From: Octopus vulgaris
Taxonomy: Eukaryota
Length of the DNA: 64,000 bases
Direction: 5' to 3'
Assembly (NCBI GenBank): GCA_951406725.2
Contig: OX597827.1
Coordinates: 83,700,001-83,764,000 of the forward strand
In this document: in pieces, positions 51,653-64,000 of the stretch
Layout of the letters: each line of letters begins with the position of its first letter
Numbering within the stretch: position 1 is the stretch's first letter
The notes under the pieces: generated by a model
Told to the model about the DNA's origin: nothing
The model's input: only the letters and a program-made list of their open reading frames with translations
Databases searched by the model: none
Translations under genes and position numbers: made by a program

Positions 51653-51830
51653 ACTATTATTTAGAAAGAGCACATATGTTGATAACCAAAATAGAGATTA
51701 TATGACTACTTGTTCCGGCTATCTATCTGCACCCGTTCTGTTCTATCTGTCTGTCTATATCTATCTATCTGGATATTTATGAACTCTCTCTCTCTCTCTG
51801 CCAAACTATGGTTGTAAGAGATAGATAGAT

Positions 51831-51875
<45 letters not shown>

Positions 51876-53213
51876 GAGAGAGCTTGTGAAGTAGCCGCCC
51901 TCCCCCTGCCCCTTCACTGAGACATTCTGTGAAGCAGCTATTATAAACAAGCCTCCCCACTCCAAACCCAGTTTTGTTTAGGGGACATTGTTACAAGCAA
52001 GCTGCTTTAGGGATCTAATTTATAGGGCTTATCCCAGAGCACTAGGGGATAAGGTGGGTGTGGCAGTTAATTAGGGAGACAGCAACAGGGGCACCGTGGA
52101 CACATTTTAGATCACCCCCCCCCATCTCTTATTGTATTTTACATTAAGACCTGCTTTAAGATGCAATATTTTATGCTTTAGCATATTGTGGTGGTGGTGG
52201 TGGTGGCGATGGTGGTGGTGGTGGCAATGGACCCCTGGATAAGCTAACAGTCACCTCTTCAGTTTAATAAACTGAATCAATGTAGACTCAGTCATTACTG
52301 GCCCACAACCACACTGCAACAGTGCTGTCACAGTGATCTGAACCCAGGACCTTATTTTCATAAATGGTGTAGTGAGAAGAACAACAGTGGAATGATTTAC
52401 CCCTTCAGGGCTTCTCAATGACTGATGGTGGAGTAGAGAAGACAGTAGGGAAAGGGTCACTGACCCCTTTCAAGGGCTCTCTATGACAGGTGGTAATGGT
52501 GAGGGTGGAGTTACCAATCCCTTTCAGAATCTCTGTCAGTTGGGAATGGCAGCTATTCTCAAATGGGACACCTGGCCCCTAGTGGGCTCTGCCTTAAAAA
52601 AGGAAGGACATATTAGACAAAACAGAGCCTTGATTAAGAAGACCTGTAATCAAAGGTGTTCCTGCCATGACTATTCCATATATTTTAAGTCAATGTGTAT
52701 CTAGGATTACATTATGTAATGTGTTGTTCCTTTTTTTGAAGTCATTACTCTGCAGTTTAAAGGGACATTAGTTGTTATTTTCAGCAGGTTGTGTCACCAT
52801 GTACAGCCCCACTCGTAAGCACATAGTCAAAGGTATAGGGTGTCAATCAAACAGGATGGGCCTGGCTGGAATCTCATTGATTCTAGCATTGACCAAGGGA
52901 TAAAGAACGGGAAGGGAGATACATCTGTTCCTTACTGTCTATAAGAGGGCAGCACTGGTAGAGGGCGTTTAAAGGTGTGTGTGGGAGTTAGGCCCTGGCC
53001 CCTTCCTAGTCCTACAGTGTGTGTAAGGATGGACTACAACATTAATTGATGTGAGAGAAGAGTCTGGCAGCTGTTTTTTTGTTTTTTTACACAATTTGTT
53101 TATGAAACAGACAGACACAGCAGGGATGGAGGGAGGGGGTATTTCTCTCTCTCTCTTTGTATATATATAAGTGTGTGTGTGTGTGTGTGTGTGTGTGCAT
53201 ATGCATATGTGTG

Positions 53214-53262
<49 letters not shown>

Positions 53263-54205
53263 GCACACACACACACACATGTCCAAGCCATGCCAGCATG
53301 GAAAACAAACATTAATGTGTGTGTGTGTGTGTGTGTATGGTGGAGGAGAGGTGTAGAGATGAGTTGACACATTTTTACAGTCATTAAACAAATCAAGAAA
53401 ACTATTAAAATTCAAAGACTTCTGTTGTGATAGATTGCTGTGGTGGAGGTGGTGGTGGGTGGTGTGGGTTAGTGATGGAATGTTGTTATTGGTGGTAGGA
53501 GTGGTGGTGTGCGTGTTATAGTTTTGGTGGTGGTGTAGACGTATTTGTTGTGATTTAACCCCAGGTCTGCCCTCACCCAGCAGACCCAGGATCAAAAGTG
53601 TACCAGTTGTGACCATCCTGCCTTTTATTTTGAGTTAATCTATCTAGGATTACATTACCTAATGTGTTTTCTCATCTAAGATGGTAGGATGAATATGAGG
53701 AACGTTTGTCTGCTATTTCTAGCAAGTAGAGCAAACACACAGAGGTCCCCTTCCTCTGCAGGTTGCACTCCACACACACATACACACACACGAAGGAGTT
53801 CTAATTCATAATTAACTGATCCTCCTGTATTTTCTTTAACACAAAGCCAAGAACTTTTCACCACCCTCCTCATGTGTGTTCTTTTTAATATCTTGCAAAA
53901 TTCTGCTTGGCCATGGGGAAATATTAGCTTGCATGGTGACAGGTGAGGAGAACAGGAAGGGCATCTGGCCATGGAAAAATCTGCCTCAATAAATTCTGTC
54001 TGACCCATGCAAGCATGGAAAAGTGGATTTCAAAGAATGATGAAAAATATTATTCAAATCTTATTATAGATGTTTTACACGTTTCTTTTACATGTACAAA
54101 AGTCTAACTCCTATAAGGAAATGAAACATGTGTAATGATGATAAATATCAAAAAAGTTCTTCCAACTTCCTAATTTCCTGTTTTGGTAATATATATATAT
54201 ATTTA

Positions 54206-54255
<50 letters not shown>

Positions 54256-55409
54256 TACAAGAAGGGATGGGGTGGAAGAAATACACAGACATACATATGC
54301 ATGTGTATACATCTTGGCCCATCGAAAAACACATAGTCCTGAGTGTATGTGTGTGTGTGGGTTATCATCATCATCATCATCGTTTAACGTCTGTGTTCCG
54401 TGCTAGCATGGGTGTGTATGTATAAAGGATATATACACATGTTCTTCACACCTTCCCCTCATACACCACAGGTATTTGTGTATAAGCAGAGGCTCGTTAG
54501 CAGTAGCTTAATTAAGTAGGTAGTGATAAAGGGAGCTGAAAGCTGTAAGTTATTAAGGGATTCCCTATTTCTATAAAAAAATGGGAGTCAAGTAGATGCA
54601 ACTTGTCTCTCAGCAGTCAGTCAAGTCAAGGACTTTTATTCCTTACTGAGGCCCTTAGGCGCACCCCTTCTCTCTTGCTCTCTCTCACACACACATACAC
54701 ACAGCTATGTTTGGGTAGGTTTAAAGAGAACTTGGATATAATTGATAAAGACTGCTATATCTTTAGTTGCTTATAAAAGAGTTTATCATTTGAGTTCAGC
54801 CAATCAGAGAAAGCCACTCTCAACTAATCAATTACAGTTCAGCTAACAAGTAATAGTTTTGAAATCTATATCAAAGGTGAGGGTCGCCTGAAAACATCTG
54901 AAACCAATGGTAATCCTATATATAACTACACTACATAACACACTGTACACAGTGTCTGGATAGCACATACTATATATATATACACACACACACACATATA
55001 CATGTATATATATATACACAACATATACCATGTTTGAACACTGTATGAACTATATACACAGTGTATAAAGTGTCTATACACCATTTAGCACATATACAGT
55101 CTACACTATACATATACACACCATGTATTATATACATGCTATATATATAAGGTCTACTGACACCACACACACCTCCTACATATATAGATGCAAAGAATGG
55201 CCACCCTGACTAACCCAGAGTCATCAATGCACTCCCAGCTGTGATCCTCTCCCTGCCTATTCTACCTCTACTACAGTGGTCACTGTTCATGAGAACCTCT
55301 CTTACACCAGACCCCACCCCCACCCCATCCTTTCTTTCCGGAACATGACCCCCCCCCCCCCACCATCACTCAGTCAATTCTTCTTCTTGACTTGGCTTTG
55401 TGAGTGACA

Positions 55410-57170
55410 ATTTACAGGGGATGAGATGGGGGGATGTCCAAATCTGTTACAAGCTTATTGATGCCCAATGAGTCTGATTCAAGAAAAACAGGTACAACCA
55501 TGGAGGCTACATGGAAAGATAGGCTGGTGAGGGGTGGCTGTAGCAATCCTTGTTTTTCTTCTTTTTTTAGGTATTGTCTAAGGAGACCATTGCCCAGATG
55601 ACAGTGAGATGTCAACCTTCTGAGTCAGTGGCAAGAACAGATGAAAGGTGGTGATCAAAGTGGTTGGTGCTGAGGGAGTCCTTCTTTGCTGCTCCTCTAT
55701 TATGGGGAGTAGAGCAGAGTTTGCCATGCAGTGTGATCTTGGGAAGATGATGATCTTCCATCCTTGTGATGTGTCCTGCCTCAACAGCAGATGAAAAGCT
55801 TGTGGAGTTTAGAGTGCAGTGCTATACTTACTTGGCTGCTTCCCATGTTTCAGGTGTGATCCCATCCACCCCTATTCCCTTCCCACTTGTCAGCTTCTCT
55901 ATTGCTTTGGCTGCCTCTGTGAGGGAGGGAATCCCCCTCCAGCTCTGCCTTCGAAGGCTGCTGTGGGATATAAAGCACTGCTGTGTCATAGACTGAACAG
56001 TTGGCACCAAAGAGGGTTTGAAAGTGCTCTGACCACCAATTCAAGATAATGGCCTTATCTGTGGAAAGCATCTTTCTTTCAATCTGCACTTTGCAATGGA
56101 CTCTGGATGGAGTGCATTGGACCAGACAAAGCTTTTCAGGGTTTCATAGAATCCCTTGCAGCTGTCAATGTCTGCATTAAGCTGAGTTCTTTTGGTGAGG
56201 CTTATCCACCATTTATGTTGGATCTGCTTTGTTCCCAGAGCAATATAGCTTTGCAGGGTGAGCCTAGTGGGATGATCTCATCAGATAGTCTCTGCATCTC
56301 TTGGTTATTTCATCAAACTAGTCTTTGTGGAGAAGCTTTGTAGTTCTTCAGAGGTTTGCAGGATAGTTTTTTTTTATTTTTTCAGATGTTTCCAAAGCAC
56401 TTCAGGAGAGGGGTCTCTGAGGAGCAACTGGGATCTTGGAGCTTTAACTCTAGGTTTGTCTGGAAGTTAGCTTTCACTTCAGCTGACTGTAGGATACTGA
56501 CCTGGAGCTTCCTTCCTTGACCTCTACCTCTCTAGGCCTTAGGTTTGAAATGGAAGCTGAGCTTGTAGTGGACAAGATGATGATCTGAATAGCATTCTGC
56601 ATTAGGCCTCATTCAAGTGTGAAAGACATCACTCTGGTCTCTCTTATGCACCCAGGGGTATGCAAACTGTCTTTCTACTGGAAGAGGCTGTTGGTAATGG
56701 GTAATTGCCTCTCTGTGCAAAACTCCAACAGAAGCTGCCTGTTGTTGCAATTCATAACAGCATGCTTGTCAAGAACTCCTTTCCAGGCTTCTGAATCTTG
56801 GCCTACTCTTACATTGAACTCATCAAAGACATTGTTGTTTGGAGGGTTGGGGTGTAGACACCAGGGAAGGTGCATTGAGATGATGCAATCTGAATGACCA
56901 GTTGGAAGGTTTTCTAATGGAGTTTTCTAAAGGGGAAATGTAGTTTCTGACCATGAAGCTGACACTGGAGAGACGTCTTTCAGCCTGTGGCTTGCTGGAC
57001 CCACAGAGAATGTAACCTGTGCCATGTTGTTGAAGAAGGCCTTCTTCATCTGTCAAGCACACTTGACTAAAGAGAGCAATATCAAGGTTCAATCTGCAAA
57101 ATGCTGTTCTGGCCTGCTGCTGTCAGTCTTGTCTATCATGGTTCTGATGTTCCAGTGGAGGCTGCGTTTG
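55410..57170 (-). mobile_element. Highly decayed RTE/BovB-like LINE (EN + start of RT)
   Basis: Fragmented frames contain DEFNVRVGQD..WKGVL (GDFNA.VG-like), QLLLEFCTE..LPITNSLFQ and GKGIGVDGITPETW. Confidence 0.75.
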
Positions 57171-57430
57171 TCTGTCAGAGACCTTGTTGTGTGTGTGCAT
57201 GTATCCGTAATGGACTAAGAAAGAAGTCATTGAAAAGGTTACAAATAATAATGAAAGAGCTTTGATAAAAAAACAAACAAAACAAAACAAACGACTTACT
57301 GTGTATCCAAGTTAAACAAGCAATTGATTAGTTGGTTGGATATTTGACCAATTGACTAATAATAAAGGAGTGGAATTGAACCAGTGCATGTGTTTAATAA
57401 TATTGGCATAATGACCCTCCCTAGACACAA

Positions 57431-57465
<35 letters not shown>

Positions 57466-57561
57466 AGTTCAGTAAAATTTAGATTCAGTTGAATATGGTA
57501 CTTCAGTTAAAGGCACCAGAATTTAGTATGGTATTATCCATGTAATTTAAAATAAGGTGGT

Positions 57562-57671
57562 TATAATCAAAATAAGCAACAAGGATATCCAGAGGTAATG
57601 CAGTACGATCGTTGCATGAAACGATCGTACTGCATTAGCTCTGGATATCCTTGTTGCTTATTTTGATTATA
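57562..57671. repeat. Inverted repeat, 52-bp arms, 6-bp loop
   Basis: 57562-57613 versus 57620-57671, one mismatch seen. Confidence 0.92.
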
Positions 57672-57736
57672 TATATATATATATTATTAGTTGGTCAATG
57701 TCTCTAGTGGTCAATGCAGAAACTAACGATAGATGA

Positions 57737-58846
57737 GTGGTTAGTGAGAGCTGTACAAGCCATGCTATTGGTAAGGTGAGGGTTAGCAACAAGTCTAGTG
57801 GAGAATTCAGGGTACAAGTAAGGGTTCACCGAGGATCAGTCCTCAGCCCCCTCTTGTTGATCATAGTCCTCCAGGCGATAGCAGAGGAATTCAAGACAGG
57901 CTGCCCCTGGGAGCTCCTCTATGCTGACGACCTTCTTCTTATAGCTGAATCACTACCGGAACTAGAGGAGTTTCGGGTGTGGAAGCAAGGTCTAGAATCA
58001 ACGGGCTTTAGAGTTAACCTAGCAAAAACTAGAGTCTTAGTAGGTAGGAAGGCAGACAAATCACAAATCCCTTCGGGTAGATGGCCCAGCTCAATCTGTA
58101 GAAAAGGCATAGGTAGAAACTCCATAAGATGTACTTGGTGTGAGCTATGGACTCATAAGAGGTGACACAATATCAGAGGAAGGTTAACAGGGAAAATAGT
58201 TTTTGTGTGTGGAAGGTGCACAGGTACAACAAACACAACAAACATACAGAAAATAGATTTCATCAGATGCCAGAGGGGAAAAGTAGAAGTAGATGATAGC
58301 TTCTGTTACTTAGGTGACCAACTCAGTAGCAGGGCTAGATACACTGAGAGCATTAGTGCTAGAATAAGAATAGGCCGGACAAAGTTCAGAGAGCTCCTAC
58401 CTCTGCTAGTAGCAAAGAGTGAAAAGTAGACTGTATAATGCCTGTGTGTGAACAGCCATGTTACAAGGCAGTGAAACATGGGCTGTGGCTGCTGGGGACA
58501 AGCATAGGCTTGTAAGCAATGAAGCTAGTATGCTCTGCTGGATGTGTAATGTCTGTGTATGCATGACTGAGTGTAAGCATCCTGAGAGAAAAGTTGGCCA
58601 TAAGAAGCATCAGATGTGGTGTGCAAGAGAGATGACTGCGTTGGTATGGTCATGTAATGTGTATGGATGAAGACAGCCGTGTGAAGAAGTGTCACACTCT
58701 AATGGTGGAGGGAACCTGTGGAAGAAGTAGACTTAGGAACACATGGGATGAGGTGGTGAAGCGTGATCTTTGAATGTTAGGCCTCACAAAGGCAATGACA
58801 AGCAACCAATACCTTTGGAGATATGCCATGCTTGAGAAGACTCATC
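57737..58846 (+). mobile_element. Decayed RTE LINE fragment (same family as 4864-7141), antisense in FGFRL1 intron
   Basis: GSVLSPLL, GCPWELLYADD and GRNSIRC motifs; multiple frameshifts and stops. Confidence 0.9.
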
Positions 58847-58856
58847 AAATACTCAC

Positions 58857-59135
58857 GTATAACTGTAAGGGTGAAGTTGAGCTGAACACTGCCAAAACCG
58901 TTGGTTGCTTTACATGTGTACAATCCACTGTCTTCAATTTCAACATCTTTAATGCGGAGTCCCATCTCCTGGATTCGAAACCTCTCCCATGCAATGTTGA
59001 TAGTGTGTCCATCTTTACTCCACTGCATGTAGGGTGGAGGTGTGGCAGTGATGGGGCAGCGGATTCTAAAGTTCTTTCCAATGTAGGCAATGAGACGTTT
59101 ATGAGAGACAGCAGTCTGGTTAATAAAGGGAGGAC
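58857..59135 (-). CDS. FGFRL1: FGFRL1/nou-darake-like receptor, Ig1 exon
   Basis: tttgcag| ... |gtgagt; 279 nt, phase 1-1. Encodes PPFINQ...RIRCPITATPPPYMQWSKDGHTINIAWERFR...DSGLYTCKATNGFGSVQLNFTLTVI; CKATNGFGS is characteristic of FGFRL1 Ig1. Confidence 0.93.
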
Positions 59136-59289
59136 CTGCAAAGAAAGAGAGAGAGAGACAGTTGTCATGGTTACTGTGTAGCATCATCATAGTGAGGTGG
59201 CTGTTTAAGCCAAGGACGGGCCTCAGTGAGTGTGTTAGTTGGGTACTGGATTTGGTAGATGGAAACTGAAAGAAGCCCACTGTGTCTAA

Positions 59290-59322
<33 letters not shown>

Positions 59323-59329
59323 CTTATGT

Positions 59330-59870
59330 CAGGTCATTTTCGAGTGCTACTGGTAACATGTAACCCAGTACAACCTGTTGCATGGTTGGGTCGTCGGCAA
59401 CTAAACCGGCAACCCCACCAAGCTTGCTTGGTGAGGAGGGTGTTTATTGGACACCCTGCGGGATGAAAAACAAAACCCGTCAAAGGGTGGAGGAACTCTT
59501 GAGAGTCAACGGCCATCCAATAAATGTCTTAAGGCTGTATCATGCACGGGGACATAGAAATAATCGGACTGAATACCCGTTCGCGCGGTTAAACCATTCA
59601 GAGTGAAGGACTCCTAGCCTTTGTTAGGGCATCCTTCTAGGAGAAGGTAACTCAGGTAATTGGGATAAAACCTGCGGCTCAGTGGTTACCGATGATGTTG
59701 ACTTGTTCTTCTTTTCGGGTTATGGCTGCTGTTGCTTAGTGAGTGGGATTGACTCAGTGCACAGCCTTTCCTCACTTTAAAAAAAATTCTTCTTGCACAG
59801 GCATTGCATGATAACAACATTGATTAAGCTTCATGCAATGGCCATACTCGATAACGAGGGGGCAGCCACC
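59330..59870 (+). mobile_element. Non-coding, probably RTE-derived non-autonomous element inserted in (GTAT)n
   Basis: Contains AGGGCA.CC.TCTAGGAGAAGG.AACTC (RTE 5'-UTR-like) and ends TACTCGATAACGAGGGGGCAGCC (RTE 3'-terminus-like). Family assignment is from recognition only. Confidence 0.5.
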
Positions 59871-60928
59871 ATGTATGTATTTATGCATGCATGTATGTAT
59901 GTATGTATATGTGTGTGTATGCATGTGAATGTGTTACTGTCTTTTTGCCTTGACATCCTGTGATAATAGTGTCGCTGTCATGCAAGTGATGTCCCCTGTT
60001 TCCAATCTCCTGCAAAAACATGTCTGGTCATGGGGAAGTATTACATTGATGACTGGAACAACATCTAACCAGAGAAAATCTGCTTCAAGCATGGAAAAGT
60101 GGGCGGTCTGTATGCATGTGTGTGTGTGTGTATCAGGTCTGAACCTTCACATCGTTTTAATTAAATAAAATGACAAAGGGGAGGAAGAGGAAGAGGAGAT
60201 GTGATTGTAGCCATGACCTCTAGGGGTCATAATGGCCAGACTGGTTAGTGATTGATATGGCTAGCTGGAACTATCTGTAGAGAGGTGTGGGGGTGGGGTG
60301 GAAGAAAACAAGAGAGGAGGTGGGAGGGGGGAAGAGGATTACAGCTGTAGTAAAGAATGGGCCACAGTCTCATACATAGAGGGAGATGTGGTGGTGGTGG
60401 TCGTGGGGGGCGGAGGTGATTGTGTTTTGTGAGTTCAATCTCAGGTTTTGAAATTCCCATTGTTCATTGAAATAGAGTTAACTGGATCAACACAACACCA
60501 ACAACAACAACAACAGCAATTTTTCATCTAATACCCCCTCCCACCAGTTTTAGGTGTGTATTGAATTGTAATATTATATCACACACACACACTCATTTTA
60601 CACACAAACACACCCGTACACAAATGTACATGTGCAAATCCACGCACCATGTTAGTGAAGTATACACACACATGTGTGTACATATATGTACATATATATA
60701 CTTATACATACACACTTACATAGATGTATATATTATACACACACATGTACATGGGTGTGTGTGTGTGTTTACTTCAGCCAATGTAGAGTATCAATTTACA
60801 CACATACTCGTATAATACATAATACACACACACACACACATGTACAGACCACACACATTAAATAACATGAAGACACAAACTTACATTCAACTATACATAT
60901 ATACAAACCACACACACACACATGTGTA

Positions 60929-61203
<275 letters not shown>

Positions 61204-61294
61204 GAATAATATTTTGTCTAATGACTAATTCGTCTTTTGTGCTAGGCCACTGGTAATAATAATCTATGTTATTACCCTTTTTGATTATGTTCAC

Positions 61295-61337
<43 letters not shown>

Positions 61338-62118
61338 ATAAACTTACTTGGAGATGGATGTGTGGCATTCAATCAAATAATAATCAAATACTAATATAAA
61401 TAATAATTATATATATGCATATATACATAGATCTATGTACATAGATACATACTTATATAAGTATATAGGTATGCATATATGGGTACAGGACAACATAAAA
61501 TGTAAACAACATGAAATACGAAAATAAAGTTGGGTATGCAAAGAACAAGAGAAACGAATGGAAAGCAAGACAAGCAACATAAAAAACGACCCTTCATCAG
61601 TTGTCGGCTGCCCTTCTACTCCTTATTTTGAGCAATGAATGACAATATAAGACTTTGAAGGCAGTTGTTCCTGCGAACCAAAATAAAATTTGGAATTTGC
61701 GGAGGGTCAAAGTTGGTAACAAAAACAGGACATACAATAAACCAACCAAAACAAAGACAAACAGGGAGGGCCGTTAGGCCAAGACAAGGTAAGGTAGCGA
61801 ATGCTGGAAGAAGATTTTTTGATAAGAGAGGAGACAGATAAGAATGCGTCTGGACTGCGTGACGGACTGAAGAAAAAGAAAGATGATCACGTGAGGAAAG
61901 GAAAGATGGATGAAGGTCACGTGTGAGCAACGAGAAAGAGTAAAGAGGGAAGAGGGAGAGAGACAGATAGAAAATGGTGAAAAGGAGAAAAAAGAATTAG
62001 AGAACGGATGAGAGAGAAAACGAAACAGATAGAAAGAGCCATGTCCTGTACTTATATATGTGTACCTATATACATTTATATGTATGTATATATGCATATA
62101 TCTATATATTATTTATAT

Positions 62119-62155
<37 letters not shown>

Positions 62156-63287
62156 ACGTATATATAAATATATATCAATATGTATGCATACCAATCCTAC
62201 ATATATATAAATGCAGACCACATCCCGTCCTGAATGTTCACAGATCAAATATAGATTAACTATTTGTTGTCCATTGCTAACAGAAACTCCATCCATCCAT
62301 CACTCTGGTGTCTGGAGCTGTTATATTTCAGCACGATGCGGTCAAATTATATGATTTTAATATGTAAAAGCTGCCAGTTTGGTCTTTATTTAAGAACTCG
62401 TTATATTTCACAATGAACAGTAAAGTAATCATGAATCAACAGTTGATGGCAGTTATGGATTAGTTTTCAATTATTCGCCACTATTGCCTGGCCTGGCTTA
62501 GCATTGTGCTAACTGCATAGTCACTTGCTTGGACAGATCAACACATGTCTGTCCAAAATACACACAACAGACACAGAGGCAGATACTCACAACTACAGCC
62601 CCACTCACAGGACCACTACAGAGCTATGACCTCAACTCTCTTTCTCTCTGTGCATACACACACACACACACAGATATGTAGTTATGTTTGTGTATAAATG
62701 TATATAGTATACATATATACACACACACACACACACATATATAATGTAAATATGTACATCAGTTAAGAGCAAGTTTCATGGAATGGTACCAGATGTACCC
62801 TAGGTACTCCAGATACCCGTCTAACAGCAACCACTCTCCTACTTTAAGCAAACCACACCATTTACAATAAAAGAAAAGGTAATCTCATCATGACCACCAC
62901 TACCTCAAATCCCCACCTCTCCACTACATTCACACACACCCTTGCCATGACCACCATACTTCACCCCCCCCCCCGCCACCACTGCTGCTGCCACCACCGC
63001 CACCATGGCCACCACCACCGTAAACTAAACCTTTCTCCAATTTACATTAAATGCTGTCAAAGTTTGTTATTTCCTTTCTAAAAAAGCTTTCTCATCCCCC
63101 ACCCCCCTCTCCTACCCTCACCACAACCTCCCCCCCTTTCCTATTCACTGCCAAATACAACAACAACAACAACAACAAACACTTTGCTCTTTTGTCTTTT
63201 TTTCTCTTTTGCAACATTTTGAGAAAACATCCAAAAGACATTTCACAATAACAACACACGCACACGCACACACATACAGTCTCTCTT

Positions 63288-63320
<33 letters not shown>

Positions 63321-63333
63321 TACAGTCTCTCTT

Positions 63334-63370
<37 letters not shown>

Positions 63371-63538
63371 TCAACTAAACATTTGTATAATTATTGGCTG
63401 TGCCAGAAATAGCAGCCAAGCCAATGAAGGCCTCTTCGGATACTAAAGTCAAAGATATGAAAAAATTGTGATGTCCATGGTTGGAGTGTCCTTCAGCACA
63501 AGTTAGTTTCAGTATTGATGTCTTGGAGCTAAACAACA

Positions 63539-63569
<31 letters not shown>

Positions 63570-63854
63570 TACACATGCATGCATATGTACACACACACAC
63601 ACACACACATTCACAGACAAATAAGGCAGAAAGACTTCACAATCTAAAATTCTGTAAAGAAAGTAAAGAGGAGGAAAAGAAAGAGGAGGAGTAGGGAGAA
63701 AAGAGAGGGGAGGAGGAGGACGTTTCTAGCATTTTCAGAAGAACATGAAGAAAATGGTAAAAAAAAATTTTGACATTTCGTGAAGAAAATATTTGATTAG
63801 TGAGGGTGGATGGGTATATATAAGGGGTGGATGAGTATATATATACATACATAC

Positions 63855-63896
<42 letters not shown>

Positions 63897-64000
63897 TGGA
63901 TGGGTATACATACACCCGACCTCTCCATGTAGTAGTGTAGGGGTGGCTGGGTATTAACAGGGTGGAGGTTACATAAACACTGGCCTTAACTGAGAGTGAA

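Overview
Eukaryotic, microsatellite-rich genomic DNA. The repeat landscape (RTE and CR1/L2-group LINEs, tRNA-derived SINEs, very long (TA)n/(TG)n tracts) suggests an octopus/cephalopod; this is an inference. Two spliced minus-strand genes can be reconstructed by hand with phase-consistent GT-AG introns. One is a complete 3-exon mitochondrial GrpE co-chaperone gene (22376->12357, 233 aa). The other is an FGFRL1/nou-darake-type kinase-less FGF receptor (6 coding exons, 59135->43697; signal-peptide exon not located). The rest is LINEs, decayed Tc1/maT/pogo transposases, MITEs and SINEs. The most striking unannotated signal is a set of hammerhead-ribozyme (HHR) motifs of the minimal type associated with Penelope-like elements: one apparently intact at 1061-1116, a tRNA-headed HHR-bearing SINE-like element present as a head-to-head inverted dimer in GrpE intron 1, and several decayed copies. 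They co-occur with many near-perfect foldback duplications sitting in microsatellites. A second notable feature is a 48-bp minisatellite that copies an FGFRL1 splice acceptor eight times, where only the last copy keeps the reading frame open. All coordinates were read by eye; repeat boundaries are approximate.
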